A stretch of DNA of 64,000 nucleotides from the human T2T-CHM13v2.0 reference genome, Homo sapiens, in NCBI RefSeq assembly GCF_009914755.1, contig NC_060934.1; one strand, written 5' to 3'. A program made the position numbers and the translations under genes. Positions 15,565 to 30,330 of the stretch are shown here, piece by piece (the first letter of the stretch is position 1; each line of letters starts with the position of its first letter). The notes beneath the pieces were generated by a model. That model worked only from the letters and a program-made list of their open reading frames with translations. It searched no databases and was not told the DNA's origin.

Positions 15565-15634
15565 CTGCCAGGTTTTTCTATCTTTGGTCCAGGGCAAGTT
15601 TTGGAAGTCTTGTCCATACTGATTGGATGTTCAT
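15565..15634 (-). pseudogene. ANTXRLP1: pseudo-exon 11 (EHPISMDKTSKTCPGPKIEKPG), no GT at the expected donor
   Basis: ttttag acceptor and CPGPK motif; the phase-implied end is followed by gaggcc. Confidence 0.8.
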
Positions 15635-16851
15635 CTAAAAGGAAATGACATGGGAAGAATGTCGATGCACTTGTCTGACCAGTGTCTCTCCCCATGTCTG
15701 TCCTCAGCATGCAGAGCTGACCCTGAGGCCCAGGACCAGCATCTGGGCTCTGCCTTCCTCTTACAGAGACCCCTGTGAGCACCCACCATACCCAGGCCCT
15801 GTGCAATGCTCTGCTGTGTAACAGGAACAGGCAGGCAGAGTCCCTGCTCTCAAGGGACTCACATTTAGAGATTGCATGGGACACAGAAAACAAAATTAAA
15901 AAACAAACAAAAAAAAAACCAGGACAGAACAGATGACAGAGAGTGCAACGTGCTGTGATGTCCATGACCAGAGGAGGTGAGGGGACCAGAGGGGCAGGGA
16001 CAGCCACTTCATTATGTGTGACTTCTCCTATCTTGTAGAGCCACAATTTCTGGTCTAGAGGAACATGAAATAATGCAAGGCCAGGGATTTGCTTCAAAAT
16101 ACTCTGTGGTAAGGGTTCCAAGGAAAGCAGATGGGGGCAGGTTGAGAATTATTGAAAGTAGGTTTATGGCACAATTCTTGTTATTTTGTATACTGTTGAA
16201 AACTTCCATGAATAATAAATTCTCTCTGAAAAGGTGACATTTCAGCTGAGATTAAAAAGATGAGGAGCCAGCCAGGCAAAGATCATGTGCCAATGCCCTG
16301 GGCAGTGACTCGCTGACCTTGTCAAGGAGGGAAAGAGGTGATCCAGAACAGGGGGCAGGGCCTCGTGGGCCCTGGAAAGGGGTTGGGGTTTTATTTCTTG
16401 TGCAGTCAATCTGTCCAGGTTGGGCAGATCCAGGATGTATTTTGCACATGGAGGCAACAGGACTTGCTGGTGGGATGGATGTGAGGAAGAAGCTCAGAGG
16501 AGTCAAAGATGACATTTGAGTGTTTGACCAGAATAACCGGGTGGACAGTGACACCATTTACCAAAAGGGGGAAGCCTGAGGAGGTAACTGGGTTTGTTTG
16601 TTTTAAGTCTGTAATTTTGTTTCCCAATTTTTATTTCTTTATATATTTATTTATTTATTTTTTGTGGGAGTGTGGTGGGCTCAGGAGAGTTCTGTAACAT
16701 GTAGACATAGAACCTTCTCATCCTGAGCCCACATCCTTTTCATGCCTCCTGAAGTGTTGGGGAGGGCACGGGCCCTGCTGCATCTGCCTGCTGGCCTGGC
16801 TCCAGCTCTCTACCCACTGGGCTTGGCTGCCAGGACCCCGGCTTCCCAGGG

Positions 16852-17079
16852 CCAGCAACTGCCTGGCCAACCTAGGACTGCCAGAACCCGTGGTATCGAC
16901 GTTTTCGCCAAGGATGATTTCAAAACAATTATGGCATCTTCCTCATTTTCCTTTGAAAACCTTTCTCTGCTTTTTTTTCACCTCCCTAAATATGCACATA
17001 GTTTACTCTGGCATGTGTTTTCCATGCCTTATTCCTGAATAAATAGCACTTCAGTCTCTGTTTGTTATTTTGGTTGATA
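16852..17079 (+). mobile_element. 3' half of a MER65-type LTR
   Basis: Aligns to the 3' halves of the LTRs at 17708-18156 and 22577-23022. Confidence 0.75.
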
Positions 17080-18631
17080 AAAATCGTATCCAGGCACTTC
17101 CCAGAAGCCAGAACTAGGCTCTGCCCCTGCTTCCCCATAGGGACATACGCAGGACAGAGGGAAGTCTCTCCCTGACCTGCACCTCCGGTCTGGCATCAGC
17201 CACCAGGGAAGGCACGCTGCCATCTAGTGGGGGGTGCAGGGGAGACGTGTTCAGTGGTGGCCAACACTCCAGGGACATGTTCCGGGGATATCTTCCTAAT
17301 AGTGAAAATAGGTTTAAAGGTTGTTCTCAATTATTTTAAAAAATAAGCTTCCTTTTACTCCTGGATAAGCCATCAACCAGGAGCAGAATGGCCATCTACG
17401 CAGGTGCTCACAGCTGTGGCATGGGCTCCCCGCTGTGAGACGTCGGTGCTGGCCTGTGTATGGAGAGGTAGATGGTAACCTCCAGGGTGGGAAGCCAGTA
17501 CACCCACAGGCCCACAGAGGAAGCAGCTGAATGCCCTTCACGGAGGTAGGCTGGGTACCCCCTTTCCCAGGAGCTGCCACCACAGGGAGGCAGAAGGCCC
17601 TGGTAGGGCAGGAAGATTGCCTGGGTCTGCTTTCCTGCCCTGCAACATGAACTGTATGGCCCTGGGCAGGCTCTTCCATCATGCTTCTCTCTAGTTCTCC
17701 ATCCATACGGGAAAGTTGTCAGAACTAAAATGGAGTCATTTGTGTTAAAAAAATAAAATAAAGTCCATGACAGTTAGGGCTAAGAAAGGCTACAAAGAGA
17801 GGGTTTTATGCCTATATGCCTGATAACAAAAATATCACAAAAGACTTTGCAAAAAGCACAACCTTGCACAAAAGCCATTGCAGACTTAACACAAAAAAAT
17901 ACTTCTACAGGAACATGTGCCCAAGAACTGCCTGTCCAGCCTTGGACTAGTGTCACCCTTGTAACTGATCTTTTTAGGCAAGAGTAATGGTCTCAAAACA
18001 ATTCCCTAATCTTCATTTCTCCTTTAAAAGCCTTTGTCTTCTTTACCTCCCTGATTATGCACATTACTATGGCACACATATTCCCAGTGCCGGGCACCGT
18101 TCCTGAATAAATACTGTTTTCTTTTAGAGAGAAACTCTCTGTCGTTCAGGTTGACATAAATGGTGTCCAGAAGTAGGACCTGGAGTAGGACCACTACTTG
18201 AAGAAATCAGCCACTCTTGGAATTGGTGTGCAGTCCTCACTTGAGCCCTTGGAGCTCCCTGTTTCTGTGACTTGCTTTTTCTGCCCTGGAGAGTCTTCTC
18301 TCAGGCTGAGCCTCCTACTTTTGGGTGGAAGCTCTTGACTTCATTCAGCATCTGATTTGGATAAGGCCACCGTAAGCCAAAGAGCTTACATCCCTCCTGA
18401 AATGATAACAATTTTTTGTCTTTTCCAGTAATTCTTTCTGGTATAATGACAAATGTTTTTCTGATTTGAGCACCCTAGTTTCTACATAATTTACATTTGT
18501 TTGTGAGGCATGTCTTTTCTGGCAAATTCACTTTTAGTTCTGCATGCCTAATTAAATATTTGTTTGATCTGTATACCCGGGTTAAAATATCTGTGAACAA
18601 TGACATTGGTTTGGTTCCATGTGTCTGTAAG

Positions 18632-19112
18632 TCATATGGAACCAAAAAAGCCCACACAGCCAAAGCAAGACTAAGCAAAAAGAACAAATCTGGAGGCATC
18701 ACATTACCCAACTTCAAACTATTCACATGGCTATAGTCACCAAAATAGCATGGTACTGTTATAAAAACAGGCACATAGACCAATGGAACAGAATAGAGAA
18801 TCCAGAAATAAACACAAATACTTACAGCCAACTGATCTTTGACAAAGCAAACGAAAGCATAAAGTGGAGAAAGGACACCCTATTCAACAAATGGTGCTGG
18901 GATAATTGGCAAGCCACCATGTAGAAGAATAAAACTGGTTCCTCATCTCTCAACTTATACAAAAATCAATTCAAGATGAATCAAAGACTTAAATCTAAGA
19001 CCTGAGACTATAAAAATTCTAGAAGATAACATCAGAAAAACTCTTCTAGACACTGGCTTAGGCAGACACTTCATGACCAAGAACCCAAAAGCAAATGCAA
19101 CAAAAACAAAAA
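18632..19112 (+). mobile_element. L1 ORF2 internal fragment (L1PB-like) inside the provirus
   Basis: Translates as GGITLPNFKL...WYCYKNRHIDQWNRIENPEI...LFNKWCWDNW. Confidence 0.9.
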
Positions 19113-21107
19113 TATTTGTGGGGGGGTAAATTGATGAAAAAAATTTTGCATGTAATTGACTTGGTAATAATCAGAATAAAATTATTTATAAGTCTTCATA
19201 AAGATTGAGCTCTGATATTAAAAATACAGTAATACTAAACTAAAAAATTGGTCTCCTATATTAGAACACCAAAGTTTTCTTGAAATATTGATTTGCTATT
19301 AGTAAAATTGCAAGAGGTTTTGATTTTTAATTCTGACTGCTGTTTTCTTTAACAGCCATCTTCTAAACTGCAGGCAGTTTCTATTCCTGGCACATTTTTT
19401 CCTGAGATCCATTTAATTTCCCCAGTTTCAGATAAGGAATGCAATCTTTTTCATGAAGAATGGTAATTTTATTCATTAAGGTATAAAATTTATTTATTTA
19501 TTAAATAGAAAGTAATTTTATTTATCATAAGGTAAATAAATAAATGGTATTTATTTAATAAGGTATTTATTTTCCTCAGGTTCTTATTTCAGAAGTTCAA
19601 TTTCTGCTGCATCCCACTGCACATGGTCTGCAGGCCATAAACCATAGCCTGTAGCGCTCCTACTCCCTTCCTCCGAAAAGTTACAGCTTTTTGGTTGGCT
19701 GAGGTGATAACTCTCTTCTCCAACTTTTTCATCAGCTGCTCCAACTTTTTTCCTCCAGTTCTAACTTGGCTTTTATGGCCTGGCACTATAATGTTTATCT
19801 TGAAGGCCAAGAAAAGCAATGTTTTCCGCCAATATAACTAGATTATGTACTCTTGGCTTTTCTTGATATGTCTGAATTGTTCCATGTTACCAAGAAACTT
19901 CACGTGGTTTTACTTTATCTAAGAGCTCTACATTCCTCTGCTCAAGGTACTAGTCTTCTTGTTTATACTCTTCTATAATATGAGTGTACATTCATAACAC
20001 TTGGATATGTTCTTTTATCTCTAATTGAATTTAAGGACCCTTTCATCAGGTTCAATTCCAAGACTGAACAGGCTTCCCATGAGAAGAAGCAATTACATTG
20101 CAGGAGATTTTTTTTTACCTTTTGGTAACTGACCTAAAAGACAAACAATTTATATATTTATATTTTACCAAGATAATTTTCTGTGTTGTCTTTATCAAAT
20201 TTTTGATTACTTAAGAAAACTGAGCTTTGAACAGGTTAAGGTTTTAAAATATTTGTAACTTTCTGTATTGCTTTTGAAGTTTCCTGATAATCACTCGAGT
20301 TAAATGAACGGCTATTATTTAACAGTGACCTGTGATTCTATTTTGATCTATGGCTTTGAATCTCTTGATATTTTTGGTGGGCTTCTCCTGGATCAAAATT
20401 CTAAATTAAGTCCTTTTGAACTACAATTAATTTTGAGATTTTCCAGTTGGGCCCTTGGAGAATATGCAAGAAGATATATTTTAATTTATAGAGGTATTAA
20501 ATGATTAGGCTTATTTGGTAAATTATATGACAAGCATTGTCAAATGAGAAGTGAGGCTACATCTTCTTTTAGTCACATTTATGGGTAGGTTATTGATAGG
20601 AATGTTCTAAAAATTATATGACAAAATCTAATATATTATAAGTCATAATTTTGGTTGTTATGTTAAAACTTCTTTAAAGTTGTATTTATTTGGCTGTGTT
20701 ATTGATGTGAGTATTCTAAAGATTATAGGAAATTTATAAGTCTGATACTTGTGATATGATGCTGTCAGTCATGATTATGGTTAATATCTTAAATTCCTGC
20801 AGGTAATGGAAACAACTAAATTTTCTTGTCGATTGTGAACTTTTATCAGATTTTTAACCATGGCTATTCTAAGTTTTTTGGATTCTACTCAAAAAGCATT
20901 TGTAGTCAGTTGTTGTCCAAGTTCTTGTTATCTGTCTATAGAGTAGACCACATCCCGAATTCTTCTATGTTCCACCAATCCAGCCTTCTTCCATGGAATT
21001 ACTATAAATGGAAAACTGTTCTGTTCCAAAAGCCCTATAAGCTGAAACTAGATGAATTTTAAGAAACCAGCCTTGTGCCTGATGTATGGGCCACATAAAA
21101 AGTTTAC

Positions 21108-21385
21108 GGTGGCTCACACCTGTAATCCCAGGACTTTGGGAGGCCAAGGCGGGTGAATCACGAGGTCAGAAGATTGAGACCATCCTGGCTAACATGGTGA
21201 AACCCTGTCTCTACTAAAAAATACAAAAAAAATTAGCCAGGTGTGGTGGCACGCACCTGTAGTCCCAGCTACTCAGGAGGCTGAGGCAGGAGAATGGCGT
21301 GAACCTGGTCGTGCCACTGCACTCCAGCCTGGGCGACAGAGCTAGACTCTGTCTCAAAAAAATAAAATAAAATAAAATAAAAAAT
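21108..21385 (+). mobile_element. AluY-like element with an internal deletion in the right arm
   Basis: Diagnostic gagaccatcctggctaac and agaatggcgtgaacc; TSD aaagtttac. Confidence 0.88.
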
Positions 21386-21803
21386 AAAGTTTACCAAACC
21401 ATTTGATGCCATGACCAGAGACAAACTGCAAATCAGGATGAGAAGTTGACCTTTGCACACTATAGACAGCTTTTTTCAAGACATTGGAAAAGACTCCATA
21501 GTATAATGAGACTCCTACACTCCTTAAGGTTACCTTTCTAACTTGGCAAGATAATGGAGTAATTGAAATTTCACAATTACTACCTTCTGCTTGTAAGTTG
21601 ACAGAATCTGACCTAAGAGATCCTTTGGTATACATTGACTAAATAAGAAAATGTCTGTACTATTGCTAATACTGCATGCCATCCCTGGATAAATTCCTCT
21701 TGGAAAGTCAATACCAATATACACAAAGTAAGAAAACAGGCCACATGGTTAAAACAGATCTCACCTAATTCCTTATGATCATTTGATTTATTCAGTGGGT
21801 TAC

Positions 21804-22163
21804 TGATGTGGTTTGGCTGTGTCCCTACCCAAATCTCATCTTGAATTGTAGCTCCCATAATTCCCACTTGTTATAGGAGAGACCCGGTGGGGGATAATTG
21901 AATCATGGGGGCGGATTCCTCCATGCTGCTCTGGTGGTAGTGAATAAGTCTTAGGAGATCTGATGGTTTTATATGGGGTTTCTCCTTTGGCTTGGCTCTC
22001 ATTCTCTCTTGCCTACCACCATGTAAGATGTCTCTTGCTCTTCCAGCATGATTGTGAGTCCTCCCCGGCCAAGCGGAACTATGAGTCAATTAAACCTCCT
22101 TCCTTTGTAACTTACCCAGTCTCAAGTACGTCTTTATTAGCAGCATGAGAACAAACTAATACA
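21804..22163 (+). mobile_element. THE1 (MaLR) solo LTR
   Basis: TGATGTGGTTTGGCTGTGTCCC...CTAATACA, 360 bp, 5-bp TSD gttac/gttgc. Confidence 0.9.
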
Positions 22164-23651
22164 GTTGCCTTTAAGCCTAGGTTCATGGATAAAAACTATT
22201 ATGCAAATTGTATTTTCCATTTTTAAACTTTTTATATGTTACTTGTTAAATTTTTGCAGAAGTACAACTTGTAACCATAATGCTAGCCCATCACTTTGAG
22301 ATAACAGCAAGACTATGGAACTCACAAAATTGAACTTAATAGTGGACTCAAGATAGACTTAGCCCGAGAGTCACTCCTTTCAAACATCCTTTAAAGGTCA
22401 ACTGTGACTAAAAGGGATTGACACTTACTCCAAGTTGCCAATTGCTCCCTCCAAAATGGACCAAGACCTGCAACCAGGACAGGCCCATCCCATTATCCAG
22501 GGACAGTCAAAACCTAATTACAGAATGATTGATTAGTGAGGTGTTTGCAGAAAGATCTTGATCAAAAGGGAGAAATTGTGAAAGTTCTCAGAATCAAAAT
22601 GGAGTTAACATGTTAAAAAAACAACAAAAAAATCCTGGCAAGCTGAATTGGGGAAGTTTATGAAGAGAAGATTCACATGCTTGTATACCTGATAACAAAA
22701 ACTATCACAAATCTCTACCAAACTACAACCTTGTGCAAAGACCATTGCAACCTTACTCAAAAATACTTCTGCAAGGACATCTGACCCGCAATTGCCCATG
22801 CAAACTCACATTGGGGTCACCTCTATTATTATTGATCTTAGTAGCCAAGAAGAACTAACTCAAACAATTATGTAATCCTTCTCACATCTCCTGTAAAATC
22901 TAACCTTCCTGAATATGCATGTAGTTTACTATGGCATGCGTATTCCCACTGTGATGCCCTATTCTCAGATGAACATCATTTTCTTGTAAAGAGCCCTTGT
23001 CTGTTTGTTATTTAGGTTGACACATACAAAAGAATTTCTGTAAGTCGGCTTTGAGGATTCAGGGAGATAGTGTGCATAAGGCACTTGGCACAAAATCTGA
23101 TTTAAGTGCTCAATAAGCATTAGCTTTCCTTAGAAAGGGGCTGCTCAGTCCCTAAGACACTCCCGAGAAGGTATAACCCAATGAAAACCAAATTCCCTGA
23201 GACCATCCACACAATGCTGATGAGTTGGAATGTGGGGATGACAGGCTCAGCCCCTTCCTATGTACCCACAGAAAGGAGGAAAATGGCCAAGAAGCCTCTT
23301 GGAGGAACAGAAGTCATCCTGGGATTACCATATGGCCCTGGAATTAGATTTCAGTGAACATACTATCATCAGATCAAATGAATGTATCAAGGGGCCACCT
23401 GGGAAGATCAAGGAGGATCCAAAAATCCAACTGCACCCCAGGCCCTCAGTGGGGAAGAGCACACCCTACCCCCAGCACCCAGGGCACAGTGTCTGCCTGG
23501 ACTATGCGCTTCCTCAGGCCATTCCACCATCACAGAGGTCTCCTGATGCCTAATTATTGCCAAATAATAGGAGACTTTCAAACAAATGCTATAGCCTTTC
23601 CATGAACCAACTGCTCTACACATGTGATTTTGCTTAGTTAGGTACAACTGT

Positions 23652-23884
23652 GGCTGACCATCTATAATATGAAAATCCACACCCAAAATGCTTCAAAATC
23701 TGACACTTCTTGAGCACCAACATGATGTTTGAAAGAAATGCTCATTAGAGAATTTCAGATTTCAAATTTTAGGATTAGGGATGCTGAAACATAAGCATAA
23801 TGCACACATTCCAAAACCTGAAAAAAATCTAAAAACTAAAATATTTGTGGTCCCAAGCATTTCAGTTACAGAATACACAACCAG
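23652..23884 (+). mobile_element. Tigger4a/MER46-like MITE
   Basis: Matches recalled motifs gaaatgctcattagagaatttcagattt and ggtcccaagcatttc. Confidence 0.7.
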
Positions 23885-24436
23885 CACCATATTAGCTCCA
23901 TGTCAAATTGAGAAAATAGAGGCTCAGAGTAGAACACTCATCTGGTCAAGGTGACACAGGCAATGTGTGCCTGAGCCAGGATTCCAGGGCCCAGGCCTAC
24001 AGGCTGGCATCCTCCCTCAGTGCAAGGTAAACATACCCCTCTGGGCAAGCTACTGGTGCACCTGGCCAGCCAGACTCAGACCTCCGGGGTTGCCAACATT
24101 TCCCAGGAGCAGCCTTGTGGGCTTTGGGTCCTGGGCTCTCAAGGGAAGGGGAAACTGAGGCTAAGGTGGGCAGATGCAGCTGTGATCACAGACCCAGTCC
24201 TAAACCCAGCCTCACTGAGTGGGAAGCCCTCGTCTAAGATGCTCTTGAGGCACAGGTGGATTTTTTACTTCCCCACTTGGCAGATGAAGGGAGGGGTGAC
24301 CGGCCTTCCCAGTGCCTCCTTCCACTTGTCTTCATGGCCTCTAACCCCACAGGGTCCACAGGGAATGGTTGGCAAGGGCTGGGAGGCTTGGCTGGCTGTG
24401 GGAAAAGGCAGCATTGTGTGGGAAATACGTGACTCA

Positions 24437-24913
<477 letters not shown>

Positions 24914-27900
24914 TCAGCCAGGCCCTCCCTGATGTAAGGTGTAAGTGGAGCCACAAGGCTGCCTGAAGACACCATGTCTCATGCCTCAGCTGGGCACCCA
25001 GGCCTTGATGCCTCCTTCAGGGCTGCTGAACACTCGGGGTCTCTCCTCCCTGTCTTTCTGTGTGCCTGTGGCAGGCAGGACACCCACAGGGGCAGGGGCA
25101 GGGCCAGGACTCAGGTAGGACAGGTGAGGCACCTACGACCCTGCTCAGGGCAATCCATCACAGAAGTCCTGTTTTAGCTGCGATTCCAGAGACCTACAGG
25201 TAACTCCTCATCTCCTGCTCTTCCTGATCCAGCAAGGACCACAGGGCACCCACCCTGAGGCTCAGGGAGTGTGTCCTTCCACCACTGTGGCTCCTGCCCT
25301 GAGACAAACACCACAGGGGACACAGGGCAGGTGGGGCTGGCCTCAGGAGTCAGCAGACCGCAGGTCTGCAGCTGCCAAGGGCATTGGCCTCCACCCCTGC
25401 CTCCTGGCCCAGGCCCCACGCATTCCAATCCCTGCTGATGCCTGGGGTGCCCCCAGTCCATGCACCCGAGGAAAGCTTCCTCTGAACCCTGCTTCCTGCT
25501 TTCCTGCAGCGTCACACCTTCAAGGCAGGCTGTCGGTGAAGCTGGCCTGCTGACATACTTTCTGAGGCTTTCAAGTATTTTCAAAAATGGGGGCTCACAG
25601 TTGAAAGCCTGAACATTTCCCCTAAATATCCAGATTTCTAGCTTTCTTAGGAAATGGGAAATGCAGGCCTCAGTGGGTTTGTGTTTCTCCGTGTCAGCTC
25701 CTGGCTGGGACCTAGGGAACCATGCTCCTCAGATGAGGAGCTCCCAGGCCTGCCTCACTTCAAGGCCCCACACACTGACTGCTGACATCAGCCGGCTGGG
25801 CCTGGCCTGCTCCTCCTGCTCAAGGTGCCAGCCCAGCCCTTGTGGGCACCCACTTGATGGATACTATGCTGTCCTCAGAAAACCCTGGGCCTGGTGGGGG
25901 CACTGAGGCTGTGAGAGAGCAGGAAAGGCCAGCTTGGTGCCCTGTGCTGAGCAACCAGACCTGGCCCCACTCAGGGTAAGCATTGGGTGCTCTCCTACCG
26001 CTAAGGCAGACAACAGCTGCTTCCAAATCTGATGCTATCAGGCAGCATTCTCAACATCTTCCTTGCTCAGGTGTCCAAAGGGCCCTGGCCAGTCGGACCT
26101 GAGCTCAGTGTGCCCGGGAGGGAGCAACTGGGCCTGTGGCCTGCGCCCCTTGGTCAGCCCAACTCGGCCACCCTGAGCAGGACTGAGGGCTGCCCCAAAG
26201 CTTCACGATCAGGGTGGTTGCAAATTACATTCTAAGCTGTGTTAGGACTACATATTCTATGTATTGCAAACATTGTTTTTTTTTTTTTGCAAGGTGGATG
26301 GATGAAAAGAGAGGGAGAAGGACAGACAAAGGAGCATGGGCAAACATTCATTGTAAAATCCCAGTGGTGGATAGAGGTGTGTTTGTGTTCATTGCACAAT
26401 CCTTTCCACTCACCTATAGGTTTGAAAATTTCAACAATAAAGGTTGGAAGAAAACCAAAGAACTAAAGAAGAAAATTATACTTGGACATAGACAACCGGA
26501 AATCATGATACATCCTGGGTGACAAGTGACTGATGAGAGGGACAGACCAAGCCCTTGGTTGCAGGGAGTCAGAGGGGCTGGTCATCAGGGAAGGCTTCCA
26601 GCACGAGGTGCCCTATGAACAGGGCTGTGAAGGACAGGTGGGCTCGGCCCTTCGAGGTGAGGCAAGGCTTGCAGAGTGCCTGTGCTCCACCTGGTCTCAT
26701 CTCTGCACAAGGCGCCCAGAACAGGGAGCGGCCCCTGGAGGGCCTGGGGGTTCTGCTAAGAGCCTCAGACTCCTGCCAGGCTGGAGAGGGAGATGCCTGT
26801 CAAAACCCTCCAGCCATGTGTGGGGGATGGGCTCAGGATGGGCCTGGAGCAGTGAGGCCACCAGAGGCCTCTCCCAGGCTGGATAGGAGGCCCAGGACTG
26901 AATGAGGGAGTCTGGGCTGTGTGCCTCCCTCCCTGGCCTCCTTCCTGGGCTCCCTGGAGCCCTCCTGGTTTCTTGGTGACAGCCTGCTGAGAGGGCTTAT
27001 TCTGTTGCATTTGAGTTCCAGGCTCCTGCCTTGGCCTTTCCCTCCTGTGACTGTCACCCTCCATGTGGGGCAGCTTTGCACAACTCAGCCAACAGCTGAC
27101 AGGTCAGGGCTGTGACTGCGGGCCACATGGGCAGAGGCAGAGGGCCAAGCTGGTGGGCAGAGGCAGAGGGCCGAGCTGGTGCGCAGAGGGCACCTGTCAC
27201 CTCGACTCAGCTGCCTCCAGGGAGGAGTTACAACTCACATCCCCACCTGGGGTTGACAGGTTGACAGGGCTGCTCAGACGCCACAGCCTGTGCATCTCCA
27301 GGGGACATCATCAGAGCACAGCTGTCATACTGGCTGCATGGCTGAGCAGCTTTAAATCAGGAGCAGCAGAAAGAGACCCCGAGGGGGAGGGGAGCTCTCT
27401 ACTCTATCCCCACCCTCAGCTCTGCATCGGGGAGAGGCGGTGTCGGGGACAGAGCCCAGGACCAATCGTAGAAGTGTCAGCACAGCTCCTGTTCCTGGGT
27501 CCTACCAGCTCCCAGCCCTGTGCCAGTCCCTGCACAGCCCAGTGCCTAGGGACTCACGACAGGCCTGACAGCGTCCTTTCTGTTCATGGGAGGCACCTCT
27601 GGAGCTCGCTGACATTGGACTATTTGCTCTGGTCATGTGCCCATGGAGAGCAGAGCTCAGACATGGACCGTGTGTCGGTCCCCACAGCCTACTGACAGGG
27701 CACCCTGCAGTGAGGAACTGGGAAGCCAGAGCCCAGCTGCTGCTCTGGGGCCAGCGGCACCCAGCCTCGTGCTGTCCCCATGGAAGAGAGTCACCCAAGG
27801 CTCTCTTCCTCTCCAGCAGCGGTAGTTGCGTAAATGCCGGCCATGCGGAGTCCCAGCGTGTGCAGGCGGAGGTCAGGACAGACGGGTCATCACAGAGGAC

Positions 27901-28399
27901 CACACAATGTCACCACCCATGCCGGGACCCCAGATGGCAAGAAGTCACCCTTGCCACATTCCAGACAGTAGGGACAGATGCTGGGACTGATCCTGTGGGA
28001 TTGAGGTGAGCTGAGGGTGTTTGTGCGGATGCCTTTGTTGGGCTATGGAGGTTTCCTTCTGCTCACAGGGTGCTGTGGGATGTTGACGCCCCCACTTCTT
28101 GTTCTTCATCCCCTGAGATAACCGCTTGGTCCCTGTTTCCCGTTTTGTTGATGTGGTAAATTATACAGATATTTCACCTTCTACACCTGCCTGGCCTTCC
28201 TGGGAGGAGCCCTGGCTGCTCCTGCCCTGTGGTCTGGGTTAGCTGCTGTTCCATGCCATTTGCTGGTGTTTCCCTGAGAACTTCTCACACCTGTCTTTTC
28301 TTGCTTTAAAGTTAAACTTATTGTTGTGAGCTAACAACACACTAATTGTACACAGGTACTCACACCATCACCCCTGTATATTCCCCCCACAGCAATAGA

Positions 28400-29540
28400 C
28401 ACTCACATTCACGCCCATGTGGGCCACACATCCACACCCACTCACCCATGCACACTGCACCACACACTTAACCCACCCCATACCACACACATCACACCAC
28501 ACACAACACACTCGAAGCACACACACCCACACACCACACACACACATAAATCGCAAACACACATACAGCAAAAATACCAAAGACACACCACACATCCCAC
28601 ACACACACCACACACATCACACACGCACCACACACTCTCCACTCCCCCAACACACACCCAGCACACCCCACACACACAACATAAACAGCAAACACGTATA
28701 CATACACCATACACACACAGCCATGGCACACACACCCACCAGCCACTGAATGCACACACAAAATATACATACATGCCATCACACCATTTCCTTCCCTGCA
28801 TGCCACACGCACAAGATATCCCCATGTAGACACCCACATATGACACACACAACACGCCCAAACACTCTAGTCCCACTGTACACACACACACCACAGACAC
28901 ACATAAATAGTAAACACACATACTCCACAAACAGCAAACACACACCACACATCCCATACACACACACCACACACACAAGTAGTACACTCCCAACTCCTCC
29001 ACACAACAAACACACACTAGACACCACACACCAGGTACCCTTCCCACACACTTCCACAGCACCCCAGCTTATGCCACACACTCTGCACATAACCCACACA
29101 CACCACACACACATGCATATATGCCCCCTACACACACTCACACCCCCACACATATACAACACATACCCTCCTCAGCTCCCACACCACATACACCCACAAC
29201 ACAACACACACAGATGCATCACTCATGCACACCCCACACACACCACACTCACAGCACATATACACACCTCACATACAGATCACACACACGTTTACACAAC
29301 ACACAGACCACATATTACCCTCCCCGCAGACTTCACACACTTCAAGCCTCCCACAGCACAACTTCCCACACATACTATACATACTGCACCCACACAAATT
29401 ACATACACACATACCACACACACCAAACACATACACACCACATACACACACCACACTCACACACTCCCCACACACATCCTCCCCCACACATACCAAACAA
29501 ATGCACACACTCCATACACACATGCACTCATGCACACCAC
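28400..29540. repeat. Degenerate CA-rich tract (TG-rich on the pseudogene sense strand)
   Basis: About 1.1 kb of low-complexity sequence; source of the spurious His/Thr and Cys/Val ORFs. Confidence 0.95.
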
Positions 29541-29574
29541 CCTTTGGCAACCGCAGGGCCTCCGCAGCTCTCAC

Positions 29575-29635
29575 CTCCTACACACTCAGAGGAAGGCTCC
29601 ACCGACGTCACTTCAAGACAGGTCTTTGACATGAG
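29575..29635 (-). pseudogene. ANTXRLP1: pseudo-exon 9 ([20 protein letters not shown]), acceptor reads AC instead of AG
   Basis: 61 nt, matches recalled [26 protein letters not shown]; preceded by gttccac. Confidence 0.88.
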
Positions 29636-29710
29636 GTGGAACACAGGAGGGGTGGGGCAGGGCAGGGAGAGTGAGCTTCTGGCCACAGGAGCCAGACCCC
29701 CAGCCCCTCA

Positions 29711-29806
<96 letters not shown>

Positions 29807-30184
29807 CTACAGAGAGCAGAGCTGGTTTGGACCCCCAGCCCAGGGGTGAGCATGCAGCAGATCCCCAGCCCAGGGGAGAGCATCCTGCCCCCATGCTTTG
29901 GAGGCAGCAGAATACCAGGCTCTGACGGCCACAGCCTTCTCCAGCCAGCAGCCCACTCTCAGGGAGTGGGGAGCTCTTCCACCCTCCCCTCTGGTTTAGT
30001 AGGATTTATATGACATGCTGTCATTTCTGCAGTAGTCATAGGGTGGCCCAACTCACCTGAGGCAGATTAGATGACCCTTCTTGGGGTGGCCCTAGGAAAG
30101 CTGTCTGGGACATCTTTCCCTACTCTAACCGTAACCTGACCACAAGGCTCTATATTGGTGCCTGGTTAACCTGTTTGGAATTAC

Positions 30185-30253
30185 TGGGTCTTTCCTATAA
30201 TCAGCCATACCCACGGTATAAATGGTGGCCCCCAGGCTCCGAGCCCTTTCAGC
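30185..30253 (-). pseudogene. ANTXRLP1: pseudo-exon 7 (AERARSLGATIYTVGMADYRKDP), acceptor AG>AA
   Basis: 69 nt, aligns to 63440-63508; cccttag has become cccttaa. Confidence 0.9.
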
Positions 30254-30330
30254 TTAAGGGAAAGAAGGCATTGAGTATTAATTACCAAAATACAGGGAGC
30301 AAAATGCTGATAAATACAAACTGAACTCAC

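Larger units (their letters stand above)
17708..23022 (+). mobile_element. Internally deleted ERV1 provirus (MER65-type) with both LTRs
   Basis: 5' LTR 17708-18156, PBS tggtgtccagaag at about 18161, PPT aaaagggagaaa at about 22564, 3' LTR 22577-23022, and 4-bp TSD CATA on both sides. Confidence 0.87.

Noticed and set aside
18632-19112. The L1 fragment begins about 25 nt downstream, in L1 coordinates, of where the 660-6360 L1 ends, suggesting one split element
   Set aside because: Diagnostic positions look like different subfamilies and 12 kb of colinear pseudogene lies between them. Treated as coincidence pending RepeatMasker.
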